This document shows positions 1 to 11,391 of a DNA stretch of 64,000 nucleotides, piece after piece. Source of the stretch: Macrostomum lignano (lineage: Eukaryota). The DNA lies in NCBI GenBank assembly GCA_002269645.1, contig NIVC01003040.1, positions 1 to 64,000 on the forward strand, read 5' to 3'. Under the pieces are notes generated by a model. It made no database searches and was not told where the DNA came from. It was given only the letters and a program-made list of their open reading frames with translations. How positions within the stretch are numbered: position 1 is the first letter of the stretch; the number at the start of each line of letters is the position of its first letter. Both the position numbers and the translations under genes were made by a program.

Positions 1-3000
1 CGTCGGAGTCTTTGTCCAAATGTCGGGAATGCGTCGCCATCCGAGTCCTCAAGATGGTCGGGGATCCCATCTCCGTCGGAGTCGCGTTCCAGAGTAATCT
101 AGCAAAGAATAAAGCAGGACAACCATTTCAGCTATGGCACTACACATGAAATCTCATTGAGAAACCCCAGTGACAACCGCTAGGGCAGGCAAAATGGGGC
201 GTTCTTTTCCAGACGGTGCCCAATGCAGCTATGAAAGCAACTCCCAATGTCTGTGCTCAGCAGTAAACGTTCCGAAAGTCAGGGCTCTGCGCACAGTATC
301 AACACTCTTGCATATCCTCGCTCAAGAGTCAATGGAATGAGCATAGTTGCTTTAGCGCTGGTAGTGGAATGATGTTACTGATGGAGTGCCCTCAGCCATT
401 TAACAGTAGAAAGACCAGGCTATTTTTCCCCATGGGGAAAGACCACGGGGTGTATTACAAATACACACGACCCATTTCACGATAGCTCGCAAACCGAATT
501 TCCGATTTTCGTAAAAGTCCAACATATGGATCAAAATTTTTCGCCATTTCCGACGAACCAACTTTCAAAGTCATCCGACGTCAGCATCGTCGAGATATTC
601 AACGATTCTTGTCGAAGACACTGGTGGCAAGGACAACCAACACTACACTGTATAAACCCTTATGATGAATCCATATTGGCTCAATAATCTGAGTCCATCT
701 GTTGTAGAAGCCTTTGTTCTCAGCATCCCAGGCACCAGGGTCCCCTTCATCACCGTCTGGAGCATCGGCGGCGACCGTCGAGACCTTCAACAAAAGCACC
801 CGATCGGCATCTCAGAGACAGCAGCTGCGTTCCCAAAAACTGAAATGGAAGAATCCTCTTCTGCAGGCAGCATTCAGTCAGTAGACACAATCGGTGAATG
901 AAATGGACGACGGCGACCCTCTAGGCTGACATGTAGACATACAGGCGACCTTCTGGACCTTCAACGGAGTGCCACCACGCGGCCCCGACAAGCCGGCACC
1001 CCCAACATCGTGATTTTTCTTTCAAGGCACCAAACCAGGCATGTCTGCGTATTATACAATGATCCTGCACCATGTTCAGCATTCAGCTCTGTCTGGACGA
1101 CCTTCGGGACCTTCCGAGTGCACCTTGCGGCCCCGACGAGCTGACACCGCCAACATCTTGATTTTTCTATCAAGACACCAAACCAGGCATTTCCGCGTAT
1201 CATACAATGCTTTTGCACCATGTTAAATTCGAAACTGCGAACATCGTCAGCGGACTGCCGCAACGGACAAGCTCTACGGCATCCGACGCCTGTGGGACAC
1301 CTTTGTCAGTCAGCTGCGCCATCCTGTCCTTTCCGGCCGTACCTCTGCTTCGACGAAACTCTGGTTGTCTACTGGGGTGTGGACTGTGACTTCACGGTCT
1401 TTCTAAAGGAGAAGCCCGGTCTTCTTCTTCCATTCGGGCGCGCTCGGGCCAGGGCCCATGGCACCGGGCGTCAGATCGCGCCCGCCTTCCCGAGGAAGTT
1501 CAACACCGCGGTGCAGTTCTCGAAAACTGCCGCGGGATCCGGGCTTGGCCCCAACGGTCGCAATGGTGCCAAGCTGTTCCTGCTGACATCGACTGGAAAT
1601 CCAGAGATTCAGGATGACATGGACATCCGCTATGTGTTCAATACGGAAATCTGCACTGGCAAAGGGCACTGCTGTCCACTACTTTTGCATCACAGGAATC
1701 CGATGCTCGGCTGGCCAAGGGCTCAGAGGTGTGGAGTGGTAGGCAAGTTGTTTGCGATCATGGCTGATCCATTCAGAGGACACTGGTACAGCATCACATG
1801 TGACAGATTCTTCTCGAGTCCAGCGCTGGCCAATCACTTTTACCGGGAAAAGGGATTCACGTTTCTTGAACAGTGATGCGCACTCGTGGTGGCCTGCAAG
1901 CCGATCTCAAGAATTCAACTCAAAACATGGCTCCACACACGAGCGAATTCCGGTTTTCTGAGAAGCTCACGTGTGTGTCCTACTGCCTGTTCAGATCCTT
2001 CTGCTCTGAATTTGCTGTAATATCATTTTTGACATACTGTAATATCATTTTTGACATACTGTAATATCATTTTTGACATACTGTAATATCATTTTTGACA
2101 TACTGTAATATCATTTTTGACATACTGTAATATCATTTTTGACATACTGTAATATCATTTTTGACATACTGTAATATCATTTTTGACATACTGTAATATC
2201 ATTTTTGACATACTGTAATATCATTTTTGACATACTGTAATATCATTTTTGACATACTGTAATATCATTTTTGACATACTGTAATATCATTTTTGACATA
2301 CTGTAATATCATTTTTGACATACTGTAATATCATTTTTGACATACTGTAATATCATTTTTGACATGCTGTAATATCATTTTTGACATACTGTAATATTAT
2401 TTTTGACATACTGTAAAATCATTTTTGACATACTGTAATATCATTTTTGACATACTGTAATATCATTTTTGACATACTGTAATATCATTTTTGACATACT
2501 GTAATATCATTTTTGACATACTGTAATATAATTTTTAACAAATTAAATATTTTTTTTCAGTCGCTAGTTAAATCTGTAACTCTCCAATTTAACATGGTAC
2601 AAATGCATTGTAGAATATGCAGACATGCCTGGTTGGAGCCTTAATAGAAAAATCACGATTTTGGTGGTGCCAGCTCGTCGGGGCCGCGTGGTGGCACTCC
2701 GTTGAGGGTCCCGAAGGTCGCCTGTATGTCTACAGGTCAGCCTAGAGGGTCGCCATCGTCCATTTCATTCACCGATTGTGTCTACTGACTGAATGCTGCA
2801 TGCAGAAGAGGATTATTCCATTTCAGTTTTGGGAACGCAGCCGCCTCTGAGACGCCGATCGGGTGCTTTTGTTGAAGGTCCCGACGGTCGCCGCCGTTGC
2901 TCCAGACGGAGATGAAGGGGACCCTGGGGCCCGGGACGCTAAGAACAAAGGCCTCACGACCGATATGCATAGTTTGTTGAGCCGACGTGGTTTCATGATG

Positions 3001-6000
3001 AGATTGTGTGAGCAGAAAAATTTTGCCAATGTTGGTGGTTTTTGCCACCAGACACCCCGAGGAGAATCGCTGAATATCTCGACGATGCCAATTTTTCGTG
3101 ATTCTCAAAGTTGCTTCATCAAATAGAGCGGACAGACAGACAAAGGAAAAATGTGTGCATTTGAAATACACCCCATGGTCTTTCTACTGTTTACCAAATC
3201 TACTGTTGCCAGCTATGATTGGTTGGTGTAGTTTTGAGTAAGAATATAAGAGATGAAACTGCCTGTTTGGGCGAGGGATTGTGAGTGCTCTACTCCCAGT
3301 GTTTGTTTTCATGCTGCAACAGCTCATACGAACGAAGGTTTCGATTGGATTGCGACTGGCTCAGAAAATTGATTTGTGCAAAAAGTTTTCCATAACTCTA
3401 AAAATGATTTGCTAGTTGTGTTGCGCTTGAGGAATGAACAAAGTAAATATTGAGCTCCACTTACTAGGAATGCCGTCCCCATCGTCATCCTCTAGATAGT
3501 CTGGAACTCCGTCGCCATCGCTGTCGCCCTCCAGGTGGTCTGCCCGAGCAGGTCAGTCGAAATAATTCGGAACATATTTTTATCCCCACCAAGATCAGTG
3601 AAGAAGGGCGAACAAGAAAGGAAAGGTCACTGTATTGAGAGACAGAAAAGCTCTAGCAACTACAAGGTAAGACTCTTGCAGTGCCCTCCTGGTAGAGGAA
3701 ATGCGGCATGAAATACCAGCATGAAAGCTCGCGGACAAAGTGTTAGAAAACAAAAAAATACGAGTATATTACGAAAATTTGCTAAGAACTATTGGCAGAG
3801 CTGTAAAAGAACGAACGAGGATCTAATAGGATGTCTAAAGGTAATCTAAACATACGTAGCAAAAAACAGCAAAATCAACTTCAAGACTTCTCGAAGGTTC
3901 TGATCTCACATACCCGGAATTCCATCGCCGTCTTCGTCCTCCAAGTAGTCAGGAATGCCGTCGCCATCACTGTCGCCTTCAAGGTGGTCGGGGATGCCGT
4001 CGCCGTCTGAATCAGGGGTTGCTGGAGCCGGGGCAGACTTCTTGGAGGCTTTTGCTGGCGGCGGCTTCTTGGCCCCTGCCTTACCGCTAACTTTGACTGC
4101 TTCAGCCTCCTTCATCAGCTTCTTCTTCTGTTTTTGAGCCTCCCGAATGGCTTTATCGTCGGCGGCTTCGACACCAAACCAGCCTCCGCCACCACTGGGG
4201 CCACTACTTCCACTGCGAGGTTCCCTAACGGCACCGACGCTGTCACCCTGAGCTTGCTGACTGCGCATTCGGGTTACGGTGTCCTGGATCTGCTTGAAGT
4301 CCGACCGACAGTCTGGGATGCCATCGCCGTTACGGTCCGGATCGTCTGCGTCTGGAATTCCATCGTTATCGTCGTCGTCATCTACGTGGTTCATGACGCC
4401 GTCCATGTCGCTGTCTTGAGTGCGGTCGATGTAGCCGTCGTTGTCAATGTCCACATCGACGTCGTCCGGCACGCCGTCGCAGTCGTGATCATCAGCAAGC
4501 GACTTGAGCTTGCGCGTCTGCGGCTTCTTCTCGGCTTTTTCCGGCTTTGAGACCGTCTTGGTCGGGGCCGGCTTTTTCGGTGGAGTTGCAGCTTTTTTCG
4601 CCTCCTTTGCAGCCGGCTTCTTGGCTTGTGGTGGCGAAGCGGCTTTAGCTGGTTTTGCAGTCTTCTTTGCTGGAGTTGGCGGCGCGGGTGCTTTCTTAGT
4701 GGCCGCCGGCTTCTTTGCCGCAAGTGTCGGCTGAGTTGGCTTTTTTGCCGCTGGAGCATCGGGCTTCTTTGGGACAGCCTTAGCTGGCTTGGGTGGTGGC
4801 GGCGGCGGTGGCGGCGGCGGAGTTGCCTTCTTGGCTGCAGGCTTTGCCGCCGGAGGAGCTTTTTTAGTTGCGGCTGGTGCAGCCGGCTTCTTCTTATCTT
4901 CCTTCTTAGTATCCGGTTTAGAATTTTTCTTCTTATCCTTCTTGTCAGGTGATTTGCTCTTCACCTCCGCCTTCTTGTTGGCCGCGAGTTTCTTCTTGCT
5001 ATCAGGTTTGCTTGGTGCTTCAGCCTGTTCTGCCACTTCTTCCGGCTTCTTTTTCTGCAGCTTGATGCGCGTGTGCATCATGGGATCCTTGATGCGGTTG
5101 CCCAAGCCTTTCTTGTGAATCTCGTGCGCGGACACCTGCGACTTCTTGGCCTCGATGAGTTCCTGTTCTTCCTCGGCCTCCTTGCGCGAGATCAGCACCT
5201 TTTGGACCTTGCCTTTGCCGGAGCGGACCACCTTGTAGAGAATCGATTCGTCGCGACGGCAGTCGGGCACTCCGTCGCCGTTGGAGTCCGGATCGCGCTC
5301 GTCCGGGATGCCTGCGAGGTTTGTAGATGTGTAATCTCGATCAATAAAAGCCGACCAGCCAAACCCAACCCGATGCAACCTTTCTACCATTTTTGCAGAT
5401 AAGTTTGCATGGGGCCTTGTTGTTTGTTTTCGAGTGGGTTGGTCGTGGCGACTTCTCTTCCACGGTTCTCGAAGTTCTTTCGTGTCGCATAACTTGCTGC
5501 ATTCTATCGTTTCCTAACCTACAACCCAAGCAACCCAACTTCTCCCACCGTCGTTGTCATCGTCCTCGTCAACGTGGTTGAGCTGCCCGTCCCAGTCGGA
5601 GTCCTGAGTCCTGTCCAGCTTGCCGTCGTTGTCGTTGTCATCGTCCTCCTCGTCCGGGATGCCGTCGCAGTCGCGGTCACCCGGGTCGCCAAGGTTGGCC
5701 TCGTTGTTGGCGTTTGCTCGGGCCTCGTCAGCTGCGGGCAAGACGAAACAAAAATGCTGCTTTCAGGAACTGTATGAGAGTACAAACTCTGGTTGTGAGT
5801 GCATGGCAGTTACTAATTGTTAGCACACAGTTCAGTATCTTCCTCGGTTTTTAATTTCCAAGTGGCTCCGATGTTTGAGCAATAGCTATAATTCAGAAAC
5901 TTAAAATAATTCACGGAGTGAGCCTTCAATATTGCACCAAAGTCACAAAAAATTGTTAGAATTAGATGAGATGCTTTTGTTAGGCAGATGAGTGGCCGGC

Positions 6001-9000
6001 ACCGCTAAACGCCTTGACAAACTCTTGGATAATTCGAACGCATTGCGTTATCAGCTGCGAGCTCAAGTAAAAACAAACTTCGGAAACTGAAAACTGGTGG
6101 ATGGCTTGCCACCAAGCTGGGCATCTGTGACAAGCTTAAGGTTGGGAAAATTTTTATTCCGGTTAGTATTAAAAAGGATTGCTGAGTTGGGCAGCTGAGA
6201 GCTGGATAAGAGTGCCATACGAGTTCCTTCCCTTGAGTCCGTACGCCAACCCAATGAGAATTTGTGTCCTGTGCACCTTGTTTATCTAGCTTGTCTATTC
6301 CAGTCATTGTTAATGAAATAATACCAGGACAAAACACTGTTAGATTTGCAAATTAATTCCACACTTTAAATGAGAATTTATTCTAGAAACAATTGGGATT
6401 CACCAAAGTTAAAAAAAATTGAAAATAATTTCTTTTTCGATAAATGAAACAAAAGCTGTCGCGTCTCTTCAACTAGTGCTCGGGCTTTGAGTCGAACAGA
6501 ACGTCCATCAAGAAAACTTGTGCAGAAAAAAAAAATTGTATTGTATCACTAAAAGTACTTTGTTGGCAGTTACCTGACACGAATGCAGCTGAAAGGAGGC
6601 GAAAAGCATGTTGATGGGCGTTAGCTATGAATGAAATTATTGACGTTGGCACTGATAACGTCTACGATATCTTAGGCTTGGTTAAAGTACAATTAATTTA
6701 GTTGCACACATCATTGAACAACACATTACACTCGATTATATGGCTCGTAAAAATGAAAAAAACATTGCAAATGTTGCCTACAGTTTGTTGTTGTTGTGAT
6801 GGGTCCTCCGAGAGAGTTGGAACCCTTGTGGGGCTTGGGTGTCCTATCTGGCCTATGATCCCCCGTTATCTGGTTGGTCTCACTGACAGTGTGTACAACT
6901 TCTGGGGCTCATGCCTTCCAGGTGCTCCATTTACCAGCTCCCTTTGCAGGTAGGTTCACCTAGCGCAATGACCTCTCATAGGAGCATAGAGAGTAAGTTT
7001 ATCAGCCAGGCCGCCCAGTCACACAATGTACCCTCCCGGTGGAGTGCGCCAAACAGACAATCATAATTGAGACCGTCTTTACGGCCTATGTTGCCTACGA
7101 CTCAGACTAAGCACAGCAAGTCAGTTAAACTAAAAAAACGTTAAAAAACAATAAAAAAACTAAGCTAATAAGAAGAAACTAATTAACTTGAAGGCACGCC
7201 GTGCAACTAAAAGAAGTTGTAAGCGTACTTGCTACTGTCAATTGAAGCAAATCAATGCTCAACATTAGTAAGCCCATGTGAATAAATATATGATGTCGAG
7301 TTATGTCAGCTGACTACTGAATCGGTTTACACTACTCAATGCTGCCTACTGGGTGGGGATAACTTAAATGAAAATTAAAATCGGAGCAAACTAAAATCGC
7401 CACCACAGCCAAAACAAAAGATCAAATTGAAAGTGTATGAGGGGGAGCAAATGTGGGCACGAACTGGGATTCGGGAAGGGACCAACCATTTAGAACGCTT
7501 GAGTCCCCCGTCTCAGGAGGCGGAAGTCCTTCCGGATACCTCAGCGAGTAGTAGTTCATTTTTTTCTGCAACTTCCTAATGAGCAAATGCTCTGGAAAGA
7601 CAGGATCAAGGTAATGTACTTTGGAAAGCAATTCGGGGAAGTTTCTAATATACATTGCTATTTTGGCAAATACAATTCCTATCCTGTGCAGAATTTCATA
7701 CGCATTCATTCCAGTATTACACGGAAGAACTCTTGGGGCTGTAATTAGATTACATTGACATGGTGAATTAGTACAAGCATCTAAAAACTAATATAAGGTA
7801 GTAGCATGATATGCACCAAGCAGTTCTGCCGCATGAATCCAATAAGTTTTATAATCGCATAAATGCAAATTATCGAAGGCTAATTGCGCTGCTGTTATCG
7901 GGCAAAAAGCGCGCGAGCGAGCGAAGCCGCAGCGCAGTGTTGGCGTTCAATCTACAGGATAGCGGCTAGAGGCGGGACGGCTTTGCTACTAGCAAACTGC
8001 TGTTGAAAACGCGCGCATTCTTATCAGGGACCGTCAATAGCAGCTGCCGCGGGATCAGACAAAACGGAATCCACACGGAGCGTCTCACCTGGTAAAGCGT
8101 CCACGGCGTCGAGGTTCTTGTACAGCAGAAACGACATGGAGTCCGGGTCGAGGTGGTCCGGCACGCCGTCATTGTCGTCGTCGTCGTCCAAATGGTCGGG
8201 AATTCCATCGCCGTCGCTGTCTCTTGGCACGCAGTCTATGATCCCGTCGCCATTTGAGTCTTCGTCATCTCTGTCCGGGATGCCGTCATTGTCGTCATCG
8301 TCGTCCCACTCGTTCAGGACGCCATCGTTGTCGCTGTCCTGCTTGTTGTCAAGGTAGCCGTCGTTGTCATCATCGGGATCGATTATATCTGGGATGCCAT
8401 CGCAGTCGTGGTCCTGCAGGTGGTCGGGTATGCCGTCGTTGTTCATATCATCATCGATGCTATCCGGGATGCCATCCCCGTCCCGGTCGGGGAAAAGATC
8501 GGCCTGTCCGTCACCGTCCGAGTCTGCGTCAACGTTGTCTGCATGAAGATTAGAAAGGGATATCCAAATTTATTTTTAATAGCTTCAAAAACTTTCTAAG
8601 TATTTGCAGCGTCTGAGAATTTTCCAGACTGCCTACTCGGAAAAGTAGAATATAGCTCGTATTGTAAAGCTCGTTTTACAACTGGGTTATAAATATCAGA
8701 CTGGAGAGAAAATTTCTGAAGATCGCTTTTGGAAGACGTATGGCCGCAGACCTGGGGACTGAAAGCTGGATGTGTTCGATCGATATGCGAAAGGCTGCAT
8801 ATGGAACCAAATGCACTGGTGCAAGTACAGCGGAGGGGATAGAGAGTGTAAGCATCGCGACCTTTCGAATGCAGCTGCAAGGGAGCGTTTGTTCCCGGAT
8901 GGCTGCTTGCTTGTGCAGCACCACCCCATGGCTTCTAAACTAGTTCGACAGCTGCTTCCATCCGCTTCTGACCTTCGTATACCTCCCGTCCTCCCGTTGC

Positions 9001-11391
9001 TTCCATTCATTTTCTACCTTAACTCTGCCTTCGATACTCCCTTCATTTAGAAAGCGCTGCATGTAGATGACTTATGAGGGCTGGCTGATTGTGACGCGTT
9101 CGGGCTCTCCAGACAGCAGTGCCGAGTGCAAGGGCAAAAAGTGTTGAAGTAAGGGAAGGATGAACGTTTCAGAAATTCCCGACTTGAAAAATATTGCTTG
9201 CTGACATTCATAGCAAGTTGCTGCTACTCATTGTTTACCTGGAATTCCGTCGTTGTCATCGTCGTTGTCAATAGAGTCCGGAATGCCGTCTCCATCGGAG
9301 TCTTTAAAAAAATTGTACAGCCGATGGTTGGGATCCTTCAGGTCAGGAATGCCATCGTTGTCATCATCAGTGTCAATGTGGTCTGGGATGCCGTCGCCGT
9401 CTGAGTCTTCCATGACGCACTCGGGCTTACCGTCGCCGTTAGAGTCTTCGTCCTCCCAATCTGGGATGCCATCGTTGTCGTCGTCATCGTCCCATTCGTT
9501 GAGGACGCCGTCGTTGTCGCTGTCCTGCTTATTGTCCAGGTAGCCATCATTGTCGTCATCCGGGTCAAGGAAGTCCGGGATGCCGTCACAGTCACGGTCA
9601 TACCAACCCATGTCTTCGAGGTCCGCGATAAGGTCCTCAACCTCAGGGCCATCTGAACATAGAATGGAAGGGCAGTGAGAAAACGAGCACCTGAAAACAT
9701 CTTTTCTGCTTTTTGTTGGCAATTTTAATAAGAAGAATTCCTAAGTATTGAAGTGACAGCTTCCCAGAGTATCAGACCATTGCGGCACTCACCTGTGGCA
9801 TCGTATTTGCTGGTGTCCAGTAGATCGGGTATGCCGTCTCCATCGGAGTCCTCCAGAACATCCGGAATGCCATCACCATCGTCGTCCAAGTCAAGATAGT
9901 CCGGAATTCCATCATTGTCCGCATCACCCTCCTTCTTGCGGTTCCGGTACCGCAGTCGCTTCTCATTGTCCGATGTGTCCTCGCGGCAATCCGGGATGCC
10001 GTCACCGTTAGCGTCCGGGTCCTCTACATCCGGAATACCGTCGTTGTCGTCATCGTCGTCATTTTGATTTGTCTCGCCGTCCCAGTCGGAGTCTTGCGTC
10101 CGATCCAGCAGGCCGTCGTTGTCGATGTCATCGTCCTGATCGTCCGGGATGCCGTCGCAGTCGTGGTCGTTCGGGTCTTCGCTTAGCACCATCGGCTGTT
10201 CGGCGGCCTCGTTTTCAACTTGCATTTTGGGCGGCTTCGGCGGACCGCGGCCCTTTCGTCGACGTCGGCGACGACCGCCATCGTCTCCAGATTCCTCGTC
10301 AGTTTCGTGAGAGTCTTCATTGGTAGTGGTGGCGTTGTTTTGCAAGAATTTGACTTGGGCTAATAGAGGGTCGGAGCGACTCTCCTAGCTTTTCTGTCAG
10401 GCGTTTTGTTAATTTTGTGTAGCAAAGTCGCAATTGAAATTAAGTTATGGTTAATCGTATTAGTGAGCCCCAATTAGTTTTATGATTCCCCAGAAGCCGA
10501 TATACGCTCGTAGTAAAATGAGCATGAAAAATGTTGTAAGTGGGACTCTGGTGCACAGGGCTCATTCAAAGAAAAAGCCAAGGAATCAAACTCAAATACG
10601 TAACCCGTGTTAGAGTTCAATGGATCGGATGACCAACATAAATGGCGAGAAAAATGATGGATTGATGGTGGGTGAAGGTGGGTCTGATGAAATGCTTATC
10701 AAGAAACTCAAATCCACTCAAATTAGTGAGCATACAGTGTATATGTACTTGTAAATACCTGTCTTGTGAATTGTAATATTTAAGCCTGCGATCTATTTTT
10801 ACCCGGATTATCTTCGACTGCTGCAGCTTCTTCATCTGCCTCCTCATCGGAGGACTCCGCCGGTGCCTCCTCCTCCTCCTCCTCTTCCGCTTCCTCCTCT
10901 TCCTCTTCGGCCTCTTGCAGAAGGCGGCGCCGTCCGCCAGACTGCAGTGGTGGTGAGGGTGGGTCATCTCGGGCTGGTGGTCCAAATTTTTAGTTATTGC
11001 GCGATCACGATGGAGAGAAATGATTTTATTGGAGTTGGGAAGTTTAGAGTTAAGTTTTGTCGTCGAGGGTCGATGTTTACTAAAGCATTACATAATTTTT
11101 TATAACTTACGAGAGCCTCTACAAGAGGCTTTAGGAGGGAAGTAAGGATGTTTGGTTTACTAACCAGTATTGAATCGACATTATTCAAGGCCGCCTGCTC
11201 ATCCGCTGCTTCAACGAGGCAGCAAACCAAAGCGATGCCTGTTTGTTGAATGTGTGATGAAAAATGGTGCGAATAATTAATTAATAAACGGCTTAAAACA
11301 GTGCCTCTTTGTGTGTTTTTTCCTCACCTAGAAACAGGAGGCACAAGGGAGCCACCAAAGACGGTCCTCTTCGCTGCCTGGGTGCCACCAT
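1..11391 (-). CDS. Secreted Asp-rich calcium-binding repeat protein (thrombospondin type-3-like DxDxDGIPD repeats, five Cys-flanked modules, Lys/Ala/Pro-rich block); 3' end lies outside the window
   Basis: Hand-built exons (minus): 11391-11328, 11238-11161, 10973-10803, 10359-9793, 9652-9239, 8538-8089, 5731-5549, 5311-3914, 3539-3465, 98-<1. All introns are GT-AG and phase 1, and internal exon lengths are multiples of 3. The N-terminus [32 protein letters not shown] looks like a signal peptide. More than 1100 aa lie in the window. The exon at 98-1 carries apparent 1-bp indels. Confidence 0.85.
1228..1987 (+). pseudogene. piggyBac transposase fragment (central DDD-domain region), frameshifted, with a 138-bp insertion
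   Basis: Matches 58939-59563 of the long copy. Motifs: [31 protein letters not shown]. Confidence 0.9.
2014..2540. repeat. 22-bp tandem array (CATACTGTAATATCATTTTTGA), about 24 copies, at the inner end of the right arm of the transposon
   Basis: Direct reading. Reverse complement of the 56857-57322 array. Confidence 0.95.

Larger units (their letters stand above)
404..3189 (+). mobile_element. Non-autonomous, internally deleted piggyBac-like DNA transposon in an intron of the Asp-rich gene
   Basis: 14-bp TIRs CAGTAGAAAGACCA (404-417) and TGGTCTTTCTACTG (3176-3189). Flanked by TTAA (400-403) and TTTA (3190-3193). Colinear with the 56128-60903 element apart from two large deletions. Confidence 0.92.

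Noticed and set aside
3955-5402. Antisense and alternative-frame ORFs over GC-rich exons (also in the tektin, RA, P450, TTLL3 and NCS genes)
   Set aside because: They are shadows of real coding sequence with biased codon usage and have no independent motifs.
7422-7990. Intronic ORF 7422-7709 and a GC-rich GCGAGCGAAGCCGC...CTAG stretch resembling a Helitron 3' end
   Set aside because: There is no recognisable domain, no clear hairpin and no matching 5' TC end, so the evidence is too weak without a repeat library.
3465-11391. Bacterial origin or contamination for the DxDxDGIPD protein (such repeats are common in bacterial surface proteins), or reading the motifs as EF-hands
   Set aside because: The gene has nine canonical spliceosomal introns and a eukaryotic-type signal peptide. 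The motifs lack the flanking helices and the position-12 Glu pattern of EF-hands.
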